The notes under the pieces: generated by a model | Seen by the model: the letters and a program-made list of their open reading frames with translations, nothing else | Told to the model about the DNA's origin: nothing | Database searches by the model: none | Origin: Botryllus schlosseri | Taxonomy: Eukaryota | Direction: 5' to 3' | Length of the DNA stretch: 64,000 bases | Assembly: GCA_051294905.1 (NCBI GenBank) | Contig: CM119371.1 | Location: 26,600,001-26,664,000 of the forward strand | Program-made: the position numbers and the translations under genes | In this document: positions 36,625 through 49,659 of the stretch, piece after piece | Numbering within the stretch: the first letter of the stretch is position 1 | Layout of the letters: each line of letters opens with the position of its first letter

Positions 36625-36946
36625 CGCTATATAATCAATCGAAATGCGGCCATGATTATCAAAAACGTTGCCCACCTCTGTATTAGATGATGTTCTCTTT
36701 TTGACATGACGATAAATGCAAGGGAGCTCAGGGGGCGCGCGATTTTTTTTTAACATCTTCTAGGAGGGCGCGTGTCAAAAAAGGTTGAGAACCACTGTTC
36801 TAGTTGAAATTGAGCCAAATTCGCTATGAATCATATTTTTACACAATCTAACAATATCATGAGGTAGCCGGTAAAATTCGAAAATCTCTATTTGTAATTA
36901 ATCCAAAATATTTTCTCTTAGCATTGCTTTCTACTGGTTAGAACTG

Positions 36947-37321
36947 GGGAAGCGAGTGGCGCAGTTGGTTAATCGCCAGCGTCACGACACCAATGGTAGT
37001 GGTTCGAATCCCGGTTCGGACCAACTTCTATGTGTCGGAGGTTTCTCTGGGCTCCTCATCACCGACCTCATTGCGGTTGCAGTGCATTCAAAAGCCCAGA
37101 CTGAAAGTGAGCCGTGCTTCAAGTCGGCAGCAAAGACCACGACGGGGACGCATGGGTGTGAGAGAGCGTGATGATTGACAGAGAGAAAGAATGAAGAAGT
37201 CGTCCCCAAGATTACCAAAGTCGAAGAAATGAACATTACCAAAATTACTGTCGTGGTGCACATAGCCTGGAAAAGGCGAGAAGCACCACTGTAAAAATGT
37301 CAATAATAACAATAATAATAA
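36947..37321 (+). mobile_element. tRNA-derived SINE
   Basis: A box tggcgcagttgg, B box ggttcgaatcc, (aat)n tail, 15-bp TSD tactggttagaactg; empty site in arm A. Confidence 0.93.
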
Positions 37322-38164
37322 TACTGGTTAGAACTGAGCTAAATTTAGGTTATTTTAGAAAATCGAACAATTTTAAGAAGTAGCCTCCTTTTTGAGATTT
37401 TGTCCTCAGTTTTGAGAATTTTTGGTAAATGTAGGGCGAATTCGACGAAGATAACAGTAAATCAGCACTAAAGTAACGCTCCGGCGACTATTTCGGGAGC
37501 TGAGCAGGAAAGTTGACCTTTTTCTGGTCAACCACCTGATAATGTGAAAGCAAAACTGTACCTCTACATAAACGTTTATCTGTTGCAGACATGGGGTAAT
37601 CGTGATTAGTAATCGTAATCGATTACGACGATTACAGCATTTCCAAGTAATCGTAATCGCAATCGATTACATTCGAAAAAAATCAGAAGTAATCGTAATC
37701 GTAATCGACTACTTCACATATCTAATCGATTTCTTTGTGAAAGAACGATTACTTTTCATTTGTGCAATGCTCATGACATAAACTGAACTATGAACATTCA
37801 TGAGCAACGAAGAGTGTGATTTAAAACAGGATTTGGATAGCAGAAATGTCGGGTTTTCAAACGCCTCTATACTCATTATTGCGTCACAAGTATTAGATTC
37901 GTTCTTGATTGCGTAACGAATTATCCGCACGTAGTAAATAGATATTCGATGTAAATATTGTAGTACTGTGATTGTAAGAACACCCGCTGTGGATTATGTC
38001 ACTGCACTGATCGTTACATTGCAGATTGCACACGCCACCACCTCGCAGCAGGATAATAATCTCCACACGGCCTAGTTTCGAATAGTAATGCATATGTACA
38101 AATTGTACATTGTACAATCTATAGATGTTTTGTTGAACCACAGTCTGCAGCAAGCGCTTCACCC

Positions 38165-38212
38165 CGGGGGAGGTTTACTGCGGTTCCTCCAGACCCCTAA
38201 AATAATAAAAAA
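38165..38212 (+). mobile_element. 3'-terminal fragment of the 417-bp structured unit plus A-rich tail
   Basis: ggaggtttactgcggttcctccag...cccct matches the 3' hairpin of the units at 53.3-54.1 kb. Confidence 0.85.
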
Positions 38213-38232
38213 TATTTGGTTGTATTAAGGTA
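38213..38232 (+). ncRNA. Partial spliced-leader exon + donor (left TSD of element B)
   Basis: tatttggttgtattaag|gta; identical to the 3' 17 nt of the SL recalled for stolidobranch ascidians; repeated at 53130-53149. Confidence 0.7.
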
Positions 38233-38237
38233 GCAAC

Positions 38238-39472
38238 TAGGGATGGTGTGAACGTGAGGTTCACGTTCGCGTTCTGTGTGTGAACCTCGGAAATTAAGAG
38301 GTTCGCGTTCACAACAGAACCTTTGGTAGGATCTGCACTGTGAACCTTTTTTGGTAAATTGTAATTTGCACTTCATAAATAAGATCTTCGGTTAAAATTT
38401 ATTGCATTTCAACTGCGGGTCACTCTATGCATGGCACTGGCAGCATAAAAAATCAACACTAAACGAGCATGCACCTTGACAACATTGAAAATTTTACTCG
38501 CTTTTTTTGTTACAAAAAATTTCTCGAAATTTCCAGCTTTCCGTTTGTGAATATTTAGTGACTCTCTGCTGTGAGCTTGACCTGCAATCAGATAGTGTAA
38601 TGGTTATGCGTCCGACTTCTCGAGCGGTAGGTCGTGGGTTCGATCCCCGGCCGGGTCATACCAAAGACTGGAAAAATGGTATCCGCAGCTATCCTGCTAG
38701 GCGCTCAGCAATCACGGATAGCATGGAGGAGAAAAAAAACGGGGGCGCAGACTAGATGACCTCATGGGGCCGTATCGCAACTCCGTCGCCAAAGCATCTC
38801 GATGGTGCAGGCGAGAAAGAATATCATATCTCTCTCTCTCTCTCTCACATCACGAGCGAATGATGCTTATTCAGCGAATCAATAACATTGATATCGTTTT
38901 CTGATGTAAAAAATCGAGTGGGCGTACGGGGTCAATCTTGACTTCATATCTTTACTGTATCATTAAAACTAAATCCGTGCGATTAAGGTGCTGGCTACTG
39001 CTATATAACTTGTTGTTTATGGTATCGGTAGGGAGTATGGAAACCCGTTTTACACTCTGCTCAATATCAATGTAGCAATACTCAGACTCCGAACACATTG
39101 TCCGGTCTGGCAAAGACCGTTAAGGCGTAAGCTTATAGGCCTATTCCCTGGTAAGTCCTCGTCGAAATTCTTGGCAAAGCGACGGATTGTATTGATTTTA
39201 TGAGATAATTATATGCCTTGATAACCGCGGTTGATACATTTAGCGACGTTTAGAACGCCAATATGTACTTCAGCAATGTGACATTATGTGGCCCGAGTGT
39301 TCGCTAGGTATCGTGTACAATGTACATTAATATAGGCTATCACTTCATTGAAAGATATGGTTGGAATTAGCAATATGACGTCACGAGGTTCACGTTCGTG
39401 TTCACACAGAACCTTTCAAAAAGGTTCGCGTTCACACGAACCCGAACCTTTCAGAGGTTCACACCATCCCTA
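38238..39472. mobile_element. hAT MITE at the 5' junction of element B
   Basis: TIR tagggatggtgtgaac; perfect TSD gtagcaac. Confidence 0.93.
38580..38846 (+). mobile_element. tRNA-derived SINE with a MetaSINE-like core
   Basis: A box tagtgtaatgg, B box ggttcgatcc, core ggtcataccaaagactggaaaaatggta...gcgctcagca (family resemblance from memory), (tc)n tail; absent from the paralogous MITE near 24380. Confidence 0.75.
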
Positions 39473-39589
39473 GTAGCAACCACACGTGAGTTTACTAACG
39501 GCTATTTACAGGATCGAGGAACGTACCGGAGCCGCTTGGGCATTAGTTAACTACCGTAACTCTTAGTTTGTACCTAGGGATTTAAGTAG

Positions 39590-40899
39590 GCTACCCACTT
39601 CTGTCTTCACTCTTTTCGCCAACGTTCGGACTTCACCTTCGAGTCTCCTTCAGACTCTCCAGTTCTCCCTCGCCAGGACTCGACTCCTCTGGTCATAGAT
39701 GCAATACGAACGCACCCAACACTCGCTGAACACAAGGATAACATCCTTTCTTTGTTCCAAATAGGCAGGAACACTTGCAATCTAACGTTTCCTGCCGACG
39801 CACCGATAGAAAGATTGAAAAGGATCTTTCTGGACACAATACACAACGGGATTGTCACGGAAAAAGGTACAATACACATTGAACAACCCAGACTGCCCAC
39901 GGTTAAAATAAATGTTAGAGCGGTCCCGACGGAAGTCGAAGAAGCCGAAATCAGAAAGAAATTTACCAAATACCAATGTGGTACGATCAAGGAGATCACC
40001 TTGATATACCACCGAGGTACAAATATCCTTAACGGATATAGACAGGTAGCAATTGAGAACTACACACCAGGCAGAATACCGCCCTTCGTCTACTTGGGCA
40101 GGGCTCCTTGTAAAATCTACCTTCCAGAAGAAGACACAACAAACCAAACGTGTTACAGGTGTCTCCTTCCAGGACACGGCTCCAAAGACTGTCCGAACCA
40201 AACTGCATGTCTTATATGCAAGGAATACGGACACAAAAAAAAAACTGCCCGAAAAACAAAGACGATGCACCAATACAACAGACAACACAAAAAGACCCCA
40301 CAGATAAGAACACAAACAACAACTCTAGTGCAAGAAGACTCTTGCAATACGAGCCGGTGGCTGAACTAAACAGAGAGAGATCTGACGTGATACAACAAAC
40401 ACAACAGACTCAATTAAGGGAGAGAGACGCCACCCCATTGACACAATTCTTACGAAATAGCGCCAACACCCAAGAAACAATGGAACAAATGGAAAGTGCA
40501 GAACAAAACACTGACGAACAACAAACAGACGAGGAAAAACAAGATGAAAACGACACGTTAGATCTTTTCAGAGAAATTGCCGAAAGCGGCGACACACCTG
40601 AAAAGAATGAGCATGACACGACAATTAAACCAGGAACGCAAGATGAAGAAATTAGTAGCGGAAGCACTAACGAAGGGGACTTGGTCCTAGTAACAAGTGA
40701 GGATGAGGCCGGATCCCAGGTAGATAACACCAAACACCAAGCAAGCGGATCAACCTCGATATTAAGAGCGAAATTTGAAAACCGTACCTTCACGGCGGCA
40801 GAATTTTTCGGGGCAACCCGCTCCCCAAACAAAAGGAGCAGGGAAGAGCAAAGCCCGACCGACAAACAAAAAAACCAAAGAAGAAAAGCCAAAAAATAA
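39590..40899 (+). pseudogene. Element B ORF1 (two CCHC knuckles), frameshifted in an A-run at ~40240; no in-frame ATG before the knuckles
   Basis: NGYRQV..., CYRCLLPGHGSKDC, CLICKEYGHKK/NC across ORFs 39752-40369 and 40150-40899. Confidence 0.88.
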
Positions 40900-40930
40900 A
40901 TAACCCTGTCTCCTATCCTGTCCAATTCCG

Positions 40931-41824
40931 ATGGCGATTAATGCCATATCTCTGAACGCCAATGGAATGCAAACACATTGGCACAAAATGAAAAATTTAT
41001 TTAGAAAGGAAAAGAACTGGAATATAATATGTGTCCAAGAGACACACAGAATAGACATAAGGAGAATTGAAAAATGGGCACAACAAAACGACGTATTATA
41101 CTTTCCAAACCACATAAACATAGGCCAAAACTGGACAGACCTGGAAGAAAATAAAAAACATTACTACAGAGGTACAGCAATATTCGTTAAAAAGGAATTA
41201 CAAACAAAGTACAGCATAGATCACTCGATACTGCGACAGGATAGGGCACAGACGCTACGCTTAACTGGAAAGGAAACGAACGACATCGCTACCCTATACA
41301 ATGTGTATGGGCCTAGCGATGTCGGAAAATATCAAACAGACTTCTACAAAGATCTGATTAGCCACATTGAAAACAACACCCCAGAGAGCGCCATTATCTG
41401 TGGCGACTTCAATATCGTCACAGATAAGCTAGATTCCAAAAACACCGAGAATTTTAAACTGACGCTAGCCGCCAAAATTTGGAAAAACTTTGTAGATGTC
41501 TACAAAATACGAGACGTATGGCGTTGGCGAAACCCAACTAAAAAACTATATACTATAATGAAGGCACTGCAATCAAGGCGAATTGACCGAATATACGTAT
41601 CAGAACGCCTCCTCGCAAGAGTGAAGAGCGTATCATATAAACTCAACACCATCTCTGATCATATATTCTTGCAGCAAATCCAAATCAAAACACCAAATAA
41701 CAACAAATGGGGTCATGGTATTTGGAAAAACGATACCAGACACCTACAAGACGAGGTGCTGTATACCAAAATTAAAGCAACCCACCAGAGGTGCACAGAA
41801 CAGCCCAACAAACACAAAACCGTA
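40931..41824 (+). pseudogene. Element B ORF2, APE endonuclease part
   Basis: NANG, VQET, NVYGP, GDFN, RRIDRIY, SDH, WK motifs. Confidence 0.93.
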
Positions 41825-43339
41825 AAAGGATCATCCGGGATCATCTCGATTAGGTTCTGATTTTCTAAGTGTCGAGGGAATGTCTAAAATACGTAGTAGG
41901 ATGGTCTTGTGGTTATATTCAATCAGAATAAATTCATACTCGGTGTTGTTCCATCTCATGCATTAGGCTTCGTTATATCCGGTAGTTAACCTAATAATGC
42001 AAATTTTCTATCTCTCGCTGGTATGACTAAAATACGTAGAAAGGACGACTTTGTCGGTACATTCAATCATGATGAATTCCCATCCGGTTTTGTTCGATCT
42101 CATGCAGTAGCTTCGTTCTATCCATTAGAAAACAATGTTCTCCCTTCGTTTTATTGCGTGAGGATGTCACCGGTGTTGTATATTCGTGTTGTTGCTGTAA
42201 GGTCGAACAGTTTTGTTTTCTTCTGATATATATGATCTTCATTATATATATCCGCTCTTTCGGTAATCTCGCATGTTCAACGAGTATGGCTAATAGTTTT
42301 ATTCAGAGAATAACTAAATAAGTGAGATGTTGTACGTTTAGGAATATGATTATCGATGCGTGACTTCTAGAATATTTCGGCGATTCAAATTTTACGTCAT
42401 CGCGCCGGACAAAGATTTGACGCGCAACAGGTCTCAGCCAGGCATAGTTCGCTCTTTCTGTATGGTAAATGCCGTAAATATATAGGAATTGTGACTGACT
42501 GAGGTAGCGGGTTAAAGGTATATACGCAGTAGCATATAGCTTATGGGGTATTTCGAATTGCCTGTAGTATATGACGCCTAGAGCTGTTTGACTTTCTGCA
42601 AAACAGGTGTAGACAACTATAGAAAAGTTTCCGCTTTTCCAGGTTAGAATTATAGCTAAACCGTTTTTTCCGAATTAGATTACAATCATATCAATCAATC
42701 AATCATTTATTTGTCACACCAGTGAAAATCCGGTACGGACCAGGATGACGACGAGGGGCCGCAAGGCCTTAGTACACAGTCGCCACCTGAAAATATTGCT
42801 GGCATTTCGCTCTAATTTAGTGAAATTAGACCACTATAATTATCTAGTTGTCCAAGTCGCTTCAAACATCTGAATTACCGGTACCTATAAGCCTACCTAC
42901 GGTATATCATAATATTTATGCTTGAATTTTCTAGGTACATAAGTCAAGTCATATAGATACATACCTGTTGAACACTGATTCGTGATTTTATAAAAGTTGG
43001 TGCAAGAATGGACATTTCAACTTGATGTTGATTAATGGAGCAAAATTTGATATTTGAGTGCAATTATACCTCGAATCAAGTGACAAGATTAATAATCATT
43101 AAAACCAAACGCAGCTTGTGTATGTTGGCCCAGAGAATTTGGCTAGCCAGATCATATTGATAGAATATGGTCACAGTAAGATGAAATTTTGGGCTATTTT
43201 ACATGAACTTTCCTACATTTGATTTGATATGTCCGCTGAAACAGTTGTTATTTTGCTTTCGAATAAGACCTAAATTGCTGGTTTCAATGGTAACTGTGTT
43301 TGTCAAAGGCTGTAAAGGTAATTTCTTTTCCATGTTAGA

Positions 43340-44456
43340 TGTTTGTTTGTTTGTTTGTGGTGTTCATGGTGGTGGTTCGACTACACTGGTCATTTTACAC
43401 CAGGCTGGTTCTTATTATTATCATTCCTATCTGCCCGATTACCAGTGAACTCGGCACTTAGTGAATTCGGCCGCACAAACTCGGCACTTGGTGAATTCGG
43501 CCGTGGTAGATCTCGTAGCGGTACCGGTCACCATGATTGGTTACTGGAATGTTTGCCGGTGAACTTGGCACTTTGAGTGGTTGTCAATGTTGTAAGGGGG
43601 TCAGGGCATGCGTAGATCACACAGTCACGGCGTGATTAGATCACAGATTGCGTAATCGCGGGAAATAACGCGACGCTCTTCACTTGGTGAACTCGGCTCT
43701 GGAGGAATTGGCACTAGAACACCTTCGCATTAGAAATGCATTTAATATGAATGAACAGTATCAAAAAGGAGATTTAAACGTGTCGTGGCTCGTGGTAGAT
43801 CTGGTAATTTTGAGTGGAATCGTCTCTCCAAAGGCAAAAAATAATTTATTTTGACGTGATCATGCGAAACATTTGTTGATGAGGAACAATGGCTTGTCGT
43901 GATCGATAAACGAAGAAGTGCCGTTTGATCTTCCACAGTTTCCATCTCACATACAACGCCAAGATCCATCTTCTCAAAACTTACACGACACAGGCCCGTC
44001 ACTCACGCCATCAATTCCAAGCAGACCGCGCGTGGTCAGTATATGAGCGCTGCGTTATTTCCCGCGGCTACGCAATACGTGATCTAATCACGCCGTGACT
44101 GCGTGATCTACGGATGCCCTGACCTGACAAGATTGACGAATCACTTGATAATACTATTATTAGTTTGATAATTCATATTAATAGCTGTAAATACACTTCA
44201 TTTCAAAATTTCCTGAGGGCCGAATTCACCAAGTGCCGAGTTCGTGCGGCCGAGTTCATCGACAACCATCTGCCCACTTATAGCACGGCCCACTCCCAGG
44301 CTTTTTAAGACATGGCTATGCGGATCAGATGGCGAGGAGGAGCCTAGATAAACGGCCAACACTTCTGTAGGAATTATGGAGTCGACGTGTCAGGCTCGAA
44401 CCCGCAATTCATTGGTGTTTAGCTATAATGGAACGTACCACTACGTTTCCTCGCCA
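43340..44456 (-). mobile_element. Old tRNA-derived SINE interrupted by a TIR element
   Basis: Minus-strand B box gggttcgagcc near 44400; (aaac)n tail at 43341-43357. Confidence 0.55.
43437..44267. mobile_element. Long-TIR element (gaactcggc/gaattcggc repeats) with an internal ~100-bp inverted repeat
   Basis: TSD atctgccc; inverted blocks 43575-43680 / 44045-44147. Confidence 0.8.
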
Positions 44457-44904
44457 TACCTTGTAAAATGAGACCGTAGCATTTGGCATTTCGTGTGGCA
44501 ATTGACTTTTGTGTGGAAAATTGTGTTCGTTTTAGAACTTATCCGAAACTTTTATCCCGCCATAGATTGTATATGATAAAACGATATCGGAATTGATCCT
44601 AAAAGAATTCCAAAGCCACTCTCCACAAAGGAGGATTTAAAGAAGTTTGATGACAAATTGAATGAAAGCAAAAGCCTTTGCGAGAGCTGTGGTATGTTGA
44701 ATCTGTTTTGTTATTTTTAAATACTTTGTTGTGCCGATAGCAGACGGTATATATAAACGTAAGATGTGGAAGCTATCAAGGTGTTACGTTTATTATTTTT
44801 AGAAATTCAGTCAGTCAAAGTGGACGATCGTATTGCTTGGATTATATTTAGGCTTATTTCAGCATCTTTGAGATGCAACTCTGAACGTGGACGGTCATGA
44901 ACAG

Positions 44905-45169
44905 TAGGGCTTTTTAGAAATATCTTTTTTTTTTAAATCGTACTGGCTACTTGATAAAATTGTTAGGTTACAGGTGAACAGAAAATTTTAATAATTTTTA
45001 TTACCTATTTATTTTTATGTGATAAATAGAAACTTTCTTCTCCTGTAGCAAAGCGGTTACTGGCTGGAATTGAACCAAATTTTGTGTTTAGGCTTGAATT
45101 AGGCAACCTAACAATTTTATCAAGTAGCCAATACGATTTGAGATAAAAGGTCATTTTTGAAGAGCCCTA
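44905..45169. mobile_element. Internally deleted copy of the tagggctcttcaaaaa MITE
   Basis: Perfect TSD atgaacag. Confidence 0.9.
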
Positions 45170-45446
45170 ATGAACAGTCAACTAATTCTGTTCCTATATT
45201 GACATATCAGACATTTGCACTCAGTACCGTTGGCGGCGACAATATTGTTCGGTCAGCAAGAATCATCATGAAGAAGGTTGCCAATCTGGTGTAATTATAG
45301 CAGAGTCGGAAAGAATGGGAAATACGCTTTCATCAACCTCTATTTGAACAAGATCACATATAGTAAGTGACATTCATGATATGCTGCAAATGTGACTGTG
45401 TTCTTTGTCTAGTCACCCCACTCATGTAACTATTGAGGCTTCATGC

Positions 45447-46409
45447 CAGGGTTGTAACTGGGGCTGGGCACAATGTTTCGAGTACTCGAATCTGAATCGA
45501 GTATTAATTTTAATGATTTGAGTCGAGTAGTAAAAGACGATTTTTTCGAGTACTGAAATTATACTCCCCTCTACACTGCAAGGTAATTTAACAAAGAGAA
45601 TTATAGTTTCGATACTAATTATCCCTGTAGAAGCCTTGAAACCTTGATTGGCCGTATCGTAGCATACAAAACATATAGTACAAAGCTACGAACGTTACTG
45701 GAAATAATTCATTTCCGAAGTCATGATCATCCCACAACATTGTCACCAAGTGCAATGAAATCAGCATGGTCGAAAAATACCAAAGTATCTTTCATTTGAT
45801 GGATACCAGGAATAATAGTCTTTGTCGTCGCTTAAAAGGAACATATTTGAATTTTGACATATTACATTCTGTTGTGACGTCATAATGAGTGATACTCGAT
45901 TACGAAGCATTTTACGTGATTCAGAATCGAATCACTCAGGTACTCGATTTTGCCCAGCCCTAGTTGTAACCAAGTCACAAGGCTCCGAGTCACAAGTCAA
46001 TCTCACTTTTATAGTTTTGACTCGAGTCATTTTCAATTCACCACCGAGTTATGGTATTATGACTCGAGTCAGAGTCTAAGTCATTGTGTTAGCTGCTCAG
46101 TTTTCAATTTAAGTCCTGTTAAACCAGCTTTTTACATTTTTTTGTGATATCGAGTGGGTCGCATTTATAATATACTAATTTTCCTTACATTGAGCAGTTT
46201 CTGGTCACACTTTCAAATACCAGTGTCAATAGACGAAATCCCAATAGCAGTTTACTGTACTATTCTTTGAAATAACCATGAAATGTCGGTCTTGGCCGTC
46301 TGAGTCTCAAGTCATGCGCAATGAGTCAAGTCATTTCCCTACTTTGAGAAGATGACCTGAGTCAAGTCGAGTCGACAGAAAATCATGACTCGAGTCATTA
46401 CAACAACTG
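45447..46409. mobile_element. gactcgagtc-family hAT MITE with a second MITE (45459-45962, TSD gttgtaac) inserted in its TIR
   Basis: Outer TSD cttcatgc; inner TIR tggggctgggca / tgcccagcccta. Confidence 0.9.
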
Positions 46410-48032
46410 CTTCATGCAATGAGCATTTACTTTGAATATAAATAGTAATTGAATAACTGGTTGGTGGTACAAAATTTTGATACTGCTTTCAAAAGTACCT
46501 TCATGATAAACGTTATTGAAACCCGAAGAACAGTATGACAGCGTGACACAATTCTTTAATTATTTATTATAGTGGTGCCCACCGTAAATACTATTTTATT
46601 CAAATCCAAATTTTTCGATGGCAATAACTCCGCTTCCAGTTGTTTGAATCGAACCAAATTTGATGAACATCGTTTCTATACATAACCTAACACTTACATG
46701 GGGTGAACAGAAAATTTTCAAATTTTTTAAGAGCCCTAATGTCCATGTCAGAGAAACGTTTAAGGGTAGGCCTACTCACATGTCTCGCAGCGTTCTCTAC
46801 ATAATTGTCAATTGCGATACAAACTGTTCACTTGTATTGGTAAAGCCATCTAACTTCGAATTGTAAAATGTTGGGAGTCTTGAAATCAAATTTTTGAAAG
46901 GTGCACTCTGAGAAGATTTCGGAATCTGTCAAATTATACAAAAAATTTTAACAAATTCTTTGACATATTTCATCTATTTGGGACTCGATCAACGTAAAAG
47001 AATTGTTAATTATTTTATACAATATATTGTAGTTGAAGTATAGTAATAATACTTATGGTTACCGCACTTGTAACGATTCACGGCCATAACTGCAATAATT
47101 AGAATGATGTAACTTTCAAATTGTCATGCATTTTGCAACAACATTGTTCTCAATTTTCAAGGTGCTGACCATTGGAGGAAGAATCACCCTTAAGCCGGGA
47201 ATTCACGATCCGTAAACGCGTCCGACTGTTTCTCTCCTCAAGCGGAAGCGACAGAGAAGAGGAACGAAGAGAAATAAGGAGCAGAAATAGCAAGAGTATG
47301 ACAAGTCGCGTCCGTTCGCTTTAATGCGTATTCACATCCGCGAAGCGCTAAGTAGTAGATGGGAAAACTAATGGAGCGTTTGGTTAGCGCTTATATAAGG
47401 TTGACTCCAGCGCTGTATTTGCTAAATGTTGCGGTGAAATAGGGGTGGTGTCATTTGGTATCAATATTGACTATTAAAAGACAATTTGTTAGTGGTCATG
47501 GATTTGTTTGGCCAGTATGCAGTAATTTCTGATGGTCACTTCCCGGGCTTCTGTTGTCTAACCCCTCATGATAGTTATTCTGCTTCTAGTAAGACTGTCG
47601 ATTCTAATCTTTTATCGTATCATTTGTCGGAGGTTTCGCTCGCTTTATTTACAACGTTTTGCTCTCTGCTAGGTCAATTACTTTCCTGGCTGAGTATCAC
47701 TACAGCCTAAGAAACTGCACTAATTCTCATTTTAATGTCTTGTTGGTTATCTTGCTGTCAATTCTAATAATTTGGTAATGTCTATACCAGTGCAGCCACT
47801 CAAATGTTTTGTTCTCTGTACACAATATTGTTAGGTCTTCAGCTAACCAGGCAGAGTATCATTCCACTTTCTAGACTCGAGTATTTATCTCTCCAACCTA
47901 ATCCTTGCGTACTGTGCCATAACTGTTACATAAACCTTTCTGTCACTGAATCCATGCAATCCGCTGACCTCAGTATCTACTTCCATAATATGATGATATT
48001 TGGATGTTCTTGGTTCGGTCTATTGACTATAT

Positions 48033-49659
48033 CAGTGGTTCTCAACCGGTGTGCCGCGGCACACTAGTGTGCCATTTACGTCTCGCAAGTGTGCCGCGAG
48101 CGATTTATTCGAGAAGTTTGAAATTATTCGCTAAATAATTATAGTCTATATAGCAAACGATCAATAATCAAAAACGGGCACGATGTGAATGAAGCTTGTA
48201 CAGTACATTTGACAGGTCAAAATCATCATCATGCCTGCAATCAATATCCCTCGCAAATTTGCTTCACCCGACATAGCCTGCTTGGAATGTTGCAATAAGT
48301 TTTGCACATTGCGTTGATTAAACGCGGAGAAGAGCAGACATGACGGCGCCTATGACAATGCAGTTTTCAAATCCTCATCGTCCTCCTAATCATCACCGAG
48401 AAATGAATTCCTTTGGAAATGATGTTCACGGTTACAAATTCGAAGTACAGACAATAAACATCCATATTGCGATTGTTTGGCAGCGTGTCGGCACTACTGT
48501 TAAAATGTAGGCTATGAGCGCAACGTTATGTTACCGGCGACGACATTGAAAATTGAGAAGAAAAGTTGATCTGATTACATCAGTTACCAAATTGCCCGCC
48601 GCTGCGGTTATTATCCAGATTTTTGGAACTATTATTGAACTGCTGGTGGATGACACTGCCAGTAGAAGTATTGAGGTATTGCTATCGTCACGCGTGCTAT
48701 ACGATCTTCGTGGAAATGCGTTTGGCATCCTTGTGTGTATTTGTATATACTCCTCTAAGCAGTGGTGGCTTTTGGGGTGGGCGAGGTGGTCGGTCTTCCG
48801 CCTCCACTGGTCGACGGGCCCCCCTCTTTAGTTTAAACACTTTTTTCAAGGGTTAGAGCGAATAGACGTGGAAATCCGTCAGATGGGTCAATCATCAAAT
48901 CTCTGCAGTTGTTAGAAAGGTCCCATATCCCGATAATCATCAAGTCTCTACATGCGGTAGAGGTTCTTAGTTTTGATGTAGTCTATCCTTGCAACCATGC
49001 GATAATAGATATGACCTAATCCAGCGCCTGGCTCAAACCTTGACGTGGTATGCTGGCTCATTAGAAATGTCAGCCGATAGCTTTCCAGATTAGTGTGGTC
49101 ATTTAGCCTGCAGCAGTTGTATCACCATTCTATTTAGGCCTGCTTCAAAGCCGTGTTATAGTGTCATATACACATCACGTAATTCCGTTCCAGATGGCGC
49201 ACTAATACTAAGTTGGTAATAATAGACGCGAAATGGGGGTCTGGGATGCGGAGACCCCGGAAGCTGCGATTTCATAGTCTCGATCAGCCCTCCCCCAATC
49301 GTAGGGCCACAAGCCTATAAGCATCGTTATTCGTTTGTGGCGATCGGGCTTGGCCTCTTCGATGCGATGATTAATTACATCGACAATGCGGTAGTAGGCA
49401 GGTATTTGTGACACGACCGCAGATTCAGAAGATTACGTAATTTCTTCTTTGAAGTTGAGCAAATCCTACTTGACTGATCGTAAAATGTAGAAGTACTTCG
49501 TCAGATACCGCGTCTGCACAACTGTGGGTGCCGCTAAGTACGCTGGTTGTTTTCAGGTGCCGTAAGCTAAAATATGTTGAGAAACACTGTGCTAGTGTGC
49601 CGCGAACTATTTATCCTTTTCAAAGGGTGCCGCGAGGTCAAAAAGGTTGAGAACCACTG
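48033..49659 (+). mobile_element. Non-autonomous hAT (Charlie/Buster-like) element
   Basis: TIR cagtggttctcaacc; perfect TSD gactatat. Confidence 0.92.

Larger units (their letters stand above)
33471..36680. mobile_element. hAT MITE, nest level 2
   Basis: TIR aaggggtgggcagc / gttgcccacctctg; perfect TSD tattagat. Confidence 0.88.
32652..36797. mobile_element. hAT MITE, outermost of a 4-level nest
   Basis: TIR caggggttctcaacc / ggttgagaaccactg; TSD ttctaatt/ttctagtt; empty site in arm A. Confidence 0.9.
26891..37585. repeat. Arm B of the inverted duplication, expanded by insertions
   Basis: Collinear reverse complement of 15963-17820 after removing insertions; includes a ~140-bp tandem duplication near 26900-27170. 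Confidence 0.93.

Noticed and set aside
15963..37585. Inverted arms as TIRs of a Polinton/Maverick
   Set aside because: No polymerase, integrase or capsid ORFs between the arms, and the arms are mosaics of MITE pieces
42688..42790. Hairpin-rich segment beside (tcaa)n as a ribozyme
   Set aside because: Better explained as a minus-strand LINE/SINE 3' end with aataaa and a (ttga)n tail; no catalytic core found
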